Below, piece by piece: positions 9,887-21,727 of a stretch of 64,000 bases of DNA. This DNA comes from an uncultured Chloroflexia bacterium (GTDB lineage Bacteria; Chloroflexota; Limnocylindria; Limnocylindrales; CSP1-4), in assembly GCA_963713975.1 (NCBI GenBank), contig OY970218.1:448001-512000 (forward strand), written 5' to 3'. The notes under the pieces are model-generated. The model worked only from the letters and a program-made list of their open reading frames with translations. It had not been told where the DNA came from and ran no database searches. Position numbers and translations under genes: made by a program. Within the stretch, counting starts at the first letter, position 1; every line of letters begins with the position of its first letter.

Positions 9887-10921
9887 TCACCCCGGACCCC
9901 GGCGCAGGAACCAGATGTGCGGCCCGCCGCCGGGGGCGTCCGCCTCCGCCATCACCTCGAAGCCGAACCGCCGGTACAGCGCCAGGTTGCCGGGCACACC
10001 GGTCTCCAGGAACAGCGGCACGCGATCGGCATCGGTGCGGTGAATGGCGTGGCGGATCAGCGCCCCGCCGATCCCGCGCCCCTGCGCCGCAGGCTCCACG
10101 GCGAGCTGGTCCAGCATCCAGTGCGGCTCGTCGGGGAACATGGACCCGATCCATGCCCACAGCCGGTCATGTCGCTCGCCACCATCGGGAAACAGGCCGG
10201 CAAGCGCGGGCGCTGCCATCGCCGCCAGCTCCTGCTCCCGGGCCACGCTCCCGGGCGGCAGCAGCGCCATCACGCCCAGGCCGTCGGCTGCCTCCAGGAT
10301 CCAGCCCTCCGCGGCGTACGGCGTGTCGACGGCCTCGAACATGGCGCGGATCCGGGCGGTCAGGTCGTCGCTCGTGACCAACGGCCAGGTCGTCATCGAG
10401 TCCCGGGCGAAGGCGCGGGCGAGCACGCCGGCCAGTGCCGGGACCTCCGCTGGACCCACCTTGCGGACCGCCACGGGGCCCGCCGGTCCATCCAGCCGGG
10501 TGACGACGCGGAACCGTTCTGCCGCGATCAACGTGTCGTCGGTGATCGCGAACGCCGGATCACGGAGGCTCGCCCGGAGGTCGTCGAGATAGCCGTTCCA
10601 GAACCGCTCGTGGGCCACGCGGAACTCCGCGGCATTCGCGTAGCCCTCTCCCTCGTCGATGGCATGGCGGTCATCGACGTCCGCCAGGCGGACAACGCTG
10701 CAGGCGACCGTCTCGAGGATGGCGACCGGCCGTTCGGCCGAGTCTACGAGGATCGACCGCTCCCCCGCCGTCGGCACGGCCTCACCGTCCAGCTCCATCT
10801 CGACGACCAGGCCGGCGGTCGTCGTCTTCGTGCCGGCCACCGCCAGCGCCGTCAGCTCGTCCCGGAGGCTGCCCGGAAACGCGAAGCCCCAGCGCGGCAG
10901 GTCGGAGGGATCGCCGTTCAT
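9887..10921 (-). CDS. ASCH domain + GNAT acetyltransferase fusion
   Basis: N-half GTKTTTAG...GERSILVDS..PVAILET..HA.DEGEG (ASCH); C-half LAVEPAAQGRGIGGAL..FLET..NL.LYRRFGF (GNAT); TACGAT 7 nt before ATG 10921. Confidence 0.85.
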   Translation of the reverse strand: MNGDPSDLPRWGFAFPGSLRDELTALAVAGTKTTTAGLVVEMELDGEAVPTAGERSILVDSAERPVAILETVACSVVRLADVDDRHAIDEGEGYANAAEFRVAHERFWNGYLDDLRASLRDPAFAITDDTLIAAERFRVVTRLDGPAGPVAVRKVGPAEVPALAGVLARAFARDSMTTWPLVTSDDLTARIRAMFEAVDTPYAAEGWILEAADGLGVMALLPPGSVAREQELAAMAAPALAGLFPDGGERHDRLWAWIGSMFPDEPHWMLDQLAVEPAAQGRGIGGALIRHAIHRTDADRVPLFLETGVPGNLALYRRFGFEVMAEADAPGGGPHIWFLRRGPG

Positions 10922-11012
10922 GCCGCGGATCGTACGTCGCGGGAGGGCCGCGGGCAGTCCGCGCGCAGTCCCGAGGGTGACGCCTTGCCCTCCGATCGGC
11001 GACACTGCGCCC

Positions 11013-11579
11013 ATGGATCCAAACGAAGCGCCCTCGCATCCACCCGCTCGCGACCTGGACGTGCACCTCGGCCACGTCCTGTCATCGCCCCATGACGCCG
11101 CCCCGCTGGAGCTGATCGTCGCTCGCCCCGCCCCTGGCGAACGCCTGGTCTTGGACGCAGGCAGCCTGGACGGGGCACACGGGCTCGTCGGGGACGGATG
11201 GCTCGCCCGCGGCAGCCGCTCGACGCTGGACCACGCGGCCAACCCGGCGGCCCAGCTCACGCTCATGAGCACCCGCGTGCTGGCCGCCATCGAACCCGAC
11301 AGCGCGCGCTGGCCGCTCGCCGGGGACCAGCTCTACCTGGACATGGACCTGTCGGCCGAGAACCTCCCGGCCGGGACGCGGCTGACCGTCGGGAGCGCGG
11401 TCCTCGAGGTGACGGACCTGCCGCACACCGGCTGTGCCCAGTTCAGCGCCCGCTTCGGCGCCGATGCACTGCGCTGGATCAGCACGCCGGTCGGGCTTGC
11501 GGCGCGGATGCGCGGGATGTACGTCCGCGTGGTAGCGGACGGACCGGTCAGGGTGGGCGATATCGTCAGGAAGGCCTGA
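11013..11579 (+). CDS. MOSC domain-containing protein
   Basis: GL.GD, AGDQLYLD.DLS..NLPAGTRL.VG.AVLEVT..PHTGC..F, RGMY.RVV..G.VRVGD. Confidence 0.85.
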   Translation: MDPNEAPSHPPARDLDVHLGHVLSSPHDAAPLELIVARPAPGERLVLDAGSLDGAHGLVGDGWLARGSRSTLDHAANPAAQLTLMSTRVLAAIEPDSARWPLAGDQLYLDMDLSAENLPAGTRLTVGSAVLEVTDLPHTGCAQFSARFGADALRWISTPVGLAARMRGMYVRVVADGPVRVGDIVRKA

Positions 11580-11624
11580 GCGTTCGGCGGCCCAGGGGAC
11601 GCTGCGCCCGGACTTGGGACCCGC

Positions 11625-11990
11625 TCAGCCCTTCCCGGCCGCGGCGGTCTCGTCGAGACGGATCTTCACGATCCGCGCGATCAGGACCAGCGGCAGCGGC
11701 CTGTCGGCTGGAAACTGGAGCGTACCCCTCCCCTTGACGAAGGGGGCGACCTCGTCGCCAAGGGTGTCGATGATCACCTGGCTCGCCGGAAACATGCTGT
11801 AGTGCCGTTTGTAGGCGCCGAACGACACCATGAACCGGCCACTCAGGCGGTAGGCAGGCATGTCGTAGGCGATGACCTCGACCGCCTCGGGTGCCGCCGT
11901 CACGACGGTCCGGCGCAGGTCCTGCAGCCCTCCCCGGCGATCCTCGGGGGCGGCCGCGATGTAGGCATCGACGGTGTCCGGTTTGGCCAT
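11625..11990 (-). CDS. DUF1801 / YdhG-like protein
   Basis: TVDAYIAA...E.IAYDMPAY...KGRGTLQFP...PLPL.LI..IVK; GAGGAG RBS before ATG 11990. Confidence 0.85.
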   Translation of the reverse strand: MAKPDTVDAYIAAAPEDRRGGLQDLRRTVVTAAPEAVEVIAYDMPAYRLSGRFMVSFGAYKRHYSMFPASQVIIDTLGDEVAPFVKGRGTLQFPADRPLPLVLIARIVKIRLDETAAAGKG

Positions 11991-12201
11991 GGCGTGCTCC
12001 TCGATCGGGACTCCTGGGACGCGGCCGCGATCCGGGTCGAGCGTACCGCGGGACGCCCACGCCGGCACGCCGTGGGCGGGTGCCGCCAACCGTAGACTGG
12101 GCACGCGACCTTGACGACCGATTTCGGCCTGGGCTGCGGGGCACGGGAGATCCACGATCTCGACCTTCATCGACTGGCTCGAGCGCCGTTCTCCACGGAG
12201 C

Positions 12202-13017
12202 GTGGTCGCGGCCGCCTTGGCCCTGGCGCCCCTGCTCGGCATCATCGACGCCCTGACCGGCTTCGAGATCTCGTTCTCGTTCTTCTACCTGCTGCCGGTG
12301 GCCCTCGCCGCGTGGGCGGCCGGGAGACGCGCGGGCACGTTCATGGCGGCGCTCTGCGCAATCATCTGGCTGGTCGCCAACCAGCTCGCCGGCGAGGCAT
12401 TCTCGGCACCTGGCGTCGCGTTCTGGAACACGATCACCCGGTTCGGCTTCTTCGTGGTCGTCGCCATCCTGCTCTCGGAGTTCCGCCGGCTCCTCCGCGT
12501 GGAGCGCGGGCTCGCCCGCTCCGACCAGCTGACGGGCCTCCTGAACAAGCGGGTCTTCTACGACATCGTCGAAGCGGAGCTCGATCGGTCGCGGCGGTAT
12601 CCGCACACGCTGACCCTCCTGTATCTCGATCTCGACAACTTCAAGGAGTACAACGACTCGCGGGGCCACGAGGCGGGCGACCGCCAGCTGACCCGCGTGG
12701 CAAGCGCGATCAGGGCAAGCGTCCGAGCGGTCGACTCGGTCGCTCGACTGGGGGGCGACGAGTTCGGGGTCCTGCTGCCAGAGACGGACCAGGTCGCAGC
12801 CCGGGCTCTCGGGGACCGGCTCCTGGAAGCACTCCGCACGCCCGGTGCCGACGGGTCTCCATCGCTGACCGCGAGCATCGGCGCGGTGACCTGCCGGGTC
12901 CTGCCCGAGAGCGTGGGTGAGCTCGTGGCGGCGGCGGATGCGCTCATGTACGAGGTCAAGCGCTCGACTCGCGATGACGTGCGCTACCTCGAGTACGCGG
13001 GCCCGCAGGCCGGCTGA
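12202..13017 (+). CDS. Membrane-bound diguanylate cyclase (GGDEF)
   Basis: About 4 TM helices, then D.LTGLLN, DLDNFK.YND..GH..GD, RLGGDEF; true start may be a few codons upstream. Confidence 0.92.
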   Translation: MVAAALALAPLLGIIDALTGFEISFSFFYLLPVALAAWAAGRRAGTFMAALCAIIWLVANQLAGEAFSAPGVAFWNTITRFGFFVVVAILLSEFRRLLRVERGLARSDQLTGLLNKRVFYDIVEAELDRSRRYPHTLTLLYLDLDNFKEYNDSRGHEAGDRQLTRVASAIRASVRAVDSVARLGGDEFGVLLPETDQVAARALGDRLLEALRTPGADGSPSLTASIGAVTCRVLPESVGELVAAADALMYEVKRSTRDDVRYLEYAGPQAG

Positions 13018-13072
13018 CCGGCCACCCGGTGGCGTCGCGGCCCAACGCGGGACGCCCACCCCGGTACGTGGT

Positions 13073-13582
13073 TCAGCCGGTGGGCGGATCCTCGGCCAGG
13101 CGCCCATCGCCCCAGGCGAAGTCCCAGGCATCGATCGCGGGGGGCTCGATCCCGAGCGCCGTGAGCGCCGTGCAGATCTGGCTGCGGTGATCGGTCCCGT
13201 GGTGCAGCGCCTGCGCCAGCCGGATGGTGAGCGGCGCGTGACTCGCCGAGCCGTCCTCGCGATGCCTGGTGACGATGGTGCCGGCGTCGAGGTCGCCCGC
13301 CATGAGCGCGGCCCAACCCGACCCGTGGCGGTCCATCACGTCGCGAAGCTCGGCCAGGCCCAGCTGCTCCTCGTCGATGTCGGGCGTCTGCCCATCGGTC
13401 AGGACGGAGAGATACGAGGCGTCGGCGCCGACCAGGTGGCGCATCGTCTCGAGGATCGAGCCGAAGGTTCCCGGGACCCCGGAGGCCAGCTGCTCGGGGT
13501 CGAGCGCCAGGCATGTGTCGATCAACTTCTTCGTCGCCCACACGTGGTGCGCGAACGCGTCTGCAAGCAGTGAGCCGTTCAT
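13073..13582 (-). CDS. DinB family protein
   Basis: HH.WAT, GSI.ETMRH, Q.LHHGTDHRSQI...L..LG.EPP..D. Confidence 0.88.
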   Translation of the reverse strand: MNGSLLADAFAHHVWATKKLIDTCLALDPEQLASGVPGTFGSILETMRHLVGADASYLSVLTDGQTPDIDEEQLGLAELRDVMDRHGSGWAALMAGDLDAGTIVTRHREDGSASHAPLTIRLAQALHHGTDHRSQICTALTALGIEPPAIDAWDFAWGDGRLAEDPPTG

Positions 13583-13617
13583 CGGCGCACCCTACCACCC
13601 CGTGTCGAGCACCCTGG

Positions 13618-14070
13618 CTAGCCGCCGCCCGGCTCGTCGCTGCGGTGGCCCTGGATGTTCAGGGCCGTGCTCGGGACGAACAGCACGAGATAGAGCGCCC
13701 AGGCGGCCGGCGCGATGTTCCAGAGCGGCCACCACATGAACATCTGGGCGGCGAAGTAGAGCGCGAGGTATGGAAGGAAGATGCGCCAGGTGATCGGCGG
13801 GCGGCGCCACTGGCTCGGCCGCCAGAGGTCGACCAACGCGCCGAACAACGCCCAGCCGCCCATCAGGAGCGGACCGGTGAACAGCCTCCAGGACTGCCCG
13901 TCAAGGACGAGCCACGCCCCGAGCGGCAGGCCCAGCATCGAGAAGGCATACACCGCCCAGCCGTAGCGCTGCGCAAGATGCGGCGACCAGCGACGCGCCG
14001 CGAAGAAGCCCAGCAGCAGCGCCTGGGACGCGACGCCGAACGCCGCGAACGCGATCTCGGGCCCGGTCAC
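13618..14070 (-). CDS. Hypothetical membrane protein
   Basis: About 5 hydrophobic segments; GGAG RBS upstream. Confidence 0.65.
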   Translation of the reverse strand: MTGPEIAFAAFGVASQALLLGFFAARRWSPHLAQRYGWAVYAFSMLGLPLGAWLVLDGQSWRLFTGPLLMGGWALFGALVDLWRPSQWRRPPITWRIFLPYLALYFAAQMFMWWPLWNIAPAAWALYLVLFVPSTALNIQGHRSDEPGGG

Positions 14071-14135
14071 CTGTGCTTCTCCACGGAGAGATCGTGGACA
14101 GGCCCGGTGTCGGGCTCAAGATGCGAACGACCCGT

Positions 14136-15377
14136 CTACCCCCATGGCGATGGCAGGTGGGTCAGCGGCTCGCGGTCCGGCAGGACGTCGGTCTGCAGCG
14201 ATGGGTCCGCCGCCGGCACGTAGCGCTCCGGGAGCCCGAGCTCCTTGAGGACGATGTTGCGCGCCTGCGCGATCGCGGTCGCCTTGTAGAACGCGACCGT
14301 CCGGTTGAAGCCCTGGCGGCCGAACCCGCAGTCGCTCGACAGGATCAGCTTGTCGGCCGGGATCGCCTCGAGCGCCCGCCGGATCCGCCCCGCGACGACG
14401 GGTGCCATGTCCGCCTGGAGCGTCCGGTGGCTGACCATGCCGACCGCGACCTTCTTCGCGAGATTGCCGGCGTACGGCTTGAACAGGTCGATCCCGGCCA
14501 GCTCGTTCTCGGTCGCCTCGACGGTCCAGACGTCGCCCTTGAGCCGGTTGAGGTAGATGTCGATCGAGTTCGCGTACGACTCGCCGCTGTAGACCTTCTG
14601 CATGTTCGGGTTGCCCCAGCAGGTGTGGATCCACAGCTCGACGTCGTCGAGGCCCTCGACCTCGTGGTTGAAGGCATCGACCATGAAGTCGAGCAGCTCG
14701 GTCTGTTCGGGGTGGAAGCAGGCCGTGAAGTGGATCGTCGGCTCCTCGATCTGGATCACCTTCGCGCCAGCCGCCGCGAGCTGCCGAAGCTCGAGGTTCA
14801 TCGCGGTTGCCATGTCCCAGATGAGCTGCTTCTTGTCGTCGAGGTCGTACTCGGCGGTGTGGCTGTCGAGGAAGATCGAGAGCACCTGCGACGAGCACGT
14901 CCCGAACTTGACCGGCTTGCCGGCCCGCGCCTGGGCGATCCGCCACAGCTTCGCGTACTCGAGCGGGTTCCTCGGGTTGGGTTCCACCTTGCCGACGACA
15001 CGCGGCCAGCGCCACGTCGTCTCGATCTCGTTCATCAGCGATCCGGGCGGAAAGGCGAGGAGCGAGTCGCGCGAGCGCTCGTACTGGAGCTCCTCGTGCT
15101 CGAGGCCCGTCCAGCGCTGGAGCGGGTAGTGGTGCCACGAACGACCCGCGAAGTCCTCGTCCAGGTGGTAGTCGCCGTTGGTGAGGATGTCGAGCCCGGC
15201 CCGCGTCTGGTCGGCGATCACGGTTGCGTGCGCATCGAGGAACTGCTCGCGAAAGCGAACGTCGAGGAGGGCCGTGTCGAGCGGGCGGCCCCACAGTCCT
15301 TGGTCGTACCAGCGCGGCCGCGGCCACGATCCGGTGACGGTCGCAGGGAGCATCAGGTCCTTGGTGGCCGTGAGCAT
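14136..15377 (-). CDS. Cobalamin-independent methionine synthase II family (core MetE, catalytic domain only)
   Basis: TVTGSWPRP, GLDILTNGD, IQIEEP, Zn ligands HTCWGN and SDCGF; strong GAGGAGG RBS. Confidence 0.9.
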   Translation of the reverse strand: MLTATKDLMLPATVTGSWPRPRWYDQGLWGRPLDTALLDVRFREQFLDAHATVIADQTRAGLDILTNGDYHLDEDFAGRSWHHYPLQRWTGLEHEELQYERSRDSLLAFPPGSLMNEIETTWRWPRVVGKVEPNPRNPLEYAKLWRIAQARAGKPVKFGTCSSQVLSIFLDSHTAEYDLDDKKQLIWDMATAMNLELRQLAAAGAKVIQIEEPTIHFTACFHPEQTELLDFMVDAFNHEVEGLDDVELWIHTCWGNPNMQKVYSGESYANSIDIYLNRLKGDVWTVEATENELAGIDLFKPYAGNLAKKVAVGMVSHRTLQADMAPVVAGRIRRALEAIPADKLILSSDCGFGRQGFNRTVAFYKATAIAQARNIVLKELGLPERYVPAADPSLQTDVLPDREPLTHLPSPWG

Positions 15378-15504
15378 CGCGGGGGCCTCCTCCTCGGGAT
15401 CCAGAGCGCGTGCAGTCGCCGCGATGGCTCGTCATGCTAGCTGTCGGGTGCAAGCGGGGCGACGCCGTATGTCGCCACGTGGCCGGCCGCGATGGCCGCC
15501 ATGA

Positions 15505-15696
15505 TCAGCGGTTGCCGCCCTTGCCGTTCTTGCGCGTCCGCTCGAAGCGCCGGAGCGTCTCGGGGTCGATGTCGGCCGGCCGATGCCCGTCGATGTCCGG
15601 CGGAGGTGCGTCGTCCGTGGGCGCGTCGGGAAGCAGGCTCCAGATGCCCCGGGTGGCTCGCCTGATGGTCCGCAGGGCAGGCGCGAAGACAGACAT
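15505..15696 (-). CDS. Small hypothetical protein (63 aa)
   Basis: GGAGG RBS 5 nt before ATG; fills the gap between mfd and the core MetE gene. Confidence 0.55.
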   Translation of the reverse strand: MSVFAPALRTIRRATRGIWSLLPDAPTDDAPPPDIDGHRPADIDPETLRRFERTRKNGKGGNR

Positions 15697-15823
15697 CGGG
15701 TCCTCCCGGGCCCATGCCGACGTTGATCGCCAGCCCGGGCCTCGCGCGACCCGTCAACCATGCGCTGCACCGGCCGCGGCGACCAGAGGCACATGGCCCG
15801 TGAGGCCCGTGGCGGGCGGAGGG

Positions 15824-19677
<3,854 letters not shown>

Positions 19678-19681
<4 letters not shown>

Positions 19682-20418
19682 CGCCCGCTCCGCCCGTCCT
19701 CATCAGGCTGCGGATCGCCCGTGCCGCCGGCGCCGCCCATGATCCGGCGCCAGCCCGTCTTCGTCCTGCGGACGCCCGAGTCGTCGGGAGGGCCGCCCAC
19801 CTCGCCCGGCTTCGGGGCCGCCGGATCTCCATCGCCCGGCGCCGCGGGCGCCTGCAGCTCGAAGCTGTTGAACCGGTTCGCGGCCTTCGACGTCCCCTCC
19901 CGCGCCCACGCCTCCACCGCGTCGGCGGCGGCATCGAGCAGGATCGGCAGGCGCGTCCGCTCGTCGGCGGCGAACTTGGACAGCACGTGGTCGACGGCGC
20001 CCCGTCCCGGCTCGCCGATCCCCACCCGCAGCCGGCTGTACTTCTCCGTCCCCAGCTCGTCGATAATCGAGCGCAGCCCGTTGTGGCCCCCGTGCGAGCC
20101 CGCCTCGCGGAACCGCAGCTTGCCGAACGGCAGGGCGAAGTCGTCGGCGACCACCAGCATGTCGATCAGAGGTACCCGCTCCCGGGCCAGGAGCTTGCGC
20201 ACCGCGATCCCGGAGTCGTTCATGAACGTCTGCGGCTTGGCCAGGACCAGCTCCAGGCCCTTTGTCCGTAGCTCGATCGTCGAGGACGCGTCGCGCTGGC
20301 GGCCGCGGCCGGCTCGCCCGTGCCGGTCCGCGAGCCGGTCCAGCACCATCCAGCCGATGTTGTGGCGCGTCTCCGCGTACTGGTTGCCCGGGTTCCCCAG
20401 GCCGACGACGAGCTTCAC
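19678..20418 (-). CDS. pth: Peptidyl-tRNA hydrolase
   Basis: LVVGLGNPG..Y..TRHNIG, KPQTFMNDSG, GGHNGLRSI, RLRVGIG. Confidence 0.96.
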
Positions 20419-20606
20419 CGAACACCTCGAACGGCCCCGGCAGGTTCTGCGCGGGGCTCGGAGCGATGGTACCCGGCGCGCAGGAGGGGGTGCGCGCGGC
20501 TGCGTGCCGTCACGGCTCGGGTCCCGCCACGCTGGGAGGTCCCGCGCGCTGCGAGCGCCCGATTCCCAATCCCCTGCATGTGCGCAGGCTCACGGAAAGC
20601 GACCGG

Positions 20607-20719
20607 CCCGGCTTCGCGGACGCCCGGCTCGTGGCGACCTTGCGCGGTCCGCCACGTCTGCGGGCTGGGACGCGCTGCTCGTCTGGGACCACCTCGCGTT
20701 CACCTGGGGGCCGCCGTAG
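20607..20719 (+). pseudogene. Frameshifted N-terminal fragment of an LLM-class flavin-dependent oxidoreductase
   Basis: PGFADARLV in one frame joins DLARSATSAGWDALLVWDHLAFTWGPP-stop in another; matches the LLM A..AE.AGWD...VWDH motif. Confidence 0.6.
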
Positions 20720-21170
20720 GGCGATAGCGCGGGCCGCCGCGCTCCCCGGCGCTCGCTGGGCGGCCTGTTCGCGGTCCATGAACGACGCCTCGGGCGTTTG
20801 CGAGGGACGGTTGGGCCGCCAGGGAGCCGCGTGGCAAGGCGGCCGGGAGGTCGTGGGCGGGGCTTACGTGGGCGCCCGCGGAGTGACATGGACGCGTTCG
20901 TGGTCCTGCGCTGTTCCGGGCTGCTACAAGTCAACCCTCCGACGATGCGGCTGTGGATCGGATCGCGGGTCGACGAGCGTGGCGACGTACGTCAACCGTG
21001 ACCTCCGGCTCTCCGCCACGCTGCGGAGTCACGCATCTCATCCCCACCTGTGCGTAGGCTCGACTCGGCCAGGTTCACTGACCGGAGCCCTGCCGAGGGT
21101 GTTTATGCGTGCACGATCCGACCGAGTGTCACGCGCCCGTCTCGGCATCGGCGGATCGCCCCGCGCGCGG

Positions 21171-21716
21171 TCAGGGGCGCTCGAGCAGCTCCAGTTCGAG
21201 CGCCCGCATCGCCATCTCCTCCGTCGGCTCCGCGTGGTCCCAGCCGCACACGTGCAGCGTCCCGTGCGTGACCAGCAGCCGCAGCTCGTCGCGGGCGTCC
21301 CAATGGATGTCGCCGGTCTGGCCGCCGCGGCCGGCCGCCGCCTGGTCGATCGCTCGCTCCACGGACACCACGATGTCGCCCAGGTGCGGGCGCGCGCCCG
21401 GCGGCAACGGGAATGGCTCCTCGGCGTCGTCATCGGCAGCCTCGACCTTCCCGCGGTGCGACGGATAGGCATCCGGTGGCAACAGCGGGAACGAGAGGAC
21501 GTCCGTGGGGCCGGTCTTGCCCATGTGGATCGTGTTGAGCTCAGCCAGCTCCGCGTCGCCCGAAAGGATCAACCCCAGCGATGCGGGTCGGGGCGCACCC
21601 GCGGCGTCCAGGGTCGCGGCCGCTACCCTCCCGAGGACCGTGCCCGGAACCAGGCGCGTGACGCCGTCACGCCACTCGACGTCGATCCTCCACGGGCCCA
21701 GGTAGTGGCTGCGCAC
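21171..21716 (-). CDS. ybeY: rRNA maturation endoribonuclease YbeY
   Basis: PTDVLSFP, LGDIVVS, HGTLHVCGWDH (H3xH5xH); start set at GTG 21716, just after the upstream stop. Confidence 0.92.
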   Translation of the reverse strand: MRSHYLGPWRIDVEWRDGVTRLVPGTVLGRVAAATLDAAGAPRPASLGLILSGDAELAELNTIHMGKTGPTDVLSFPLLPPDAYPSHRGKVEAADDDAEEPFPLPPGARPHLGDIVVSVERAIDQAAAGRGGQTGDIHWDARDELRLLVTHGTLHVCGWDHAEPTEEMAMRALELELLERP

Positions 21717-21727
21717 GGGCGGCGAGC

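Noticed and set aside
4467-10043. 1858-aa plus-strand ORF, and many similar long Arg/Gly/Pro-rich ORFs throughout the window
   Set aside because: Shadow frames caused by high GC and codon bias; they lie opposite well-supported genes and show no motifs
15378-15500. Possible SAM or cobalamin riboswitch before the core MetE gene
   Set aside because: No consensus on the coding strand; the ATCCAGAG-like word is on the wrong strand
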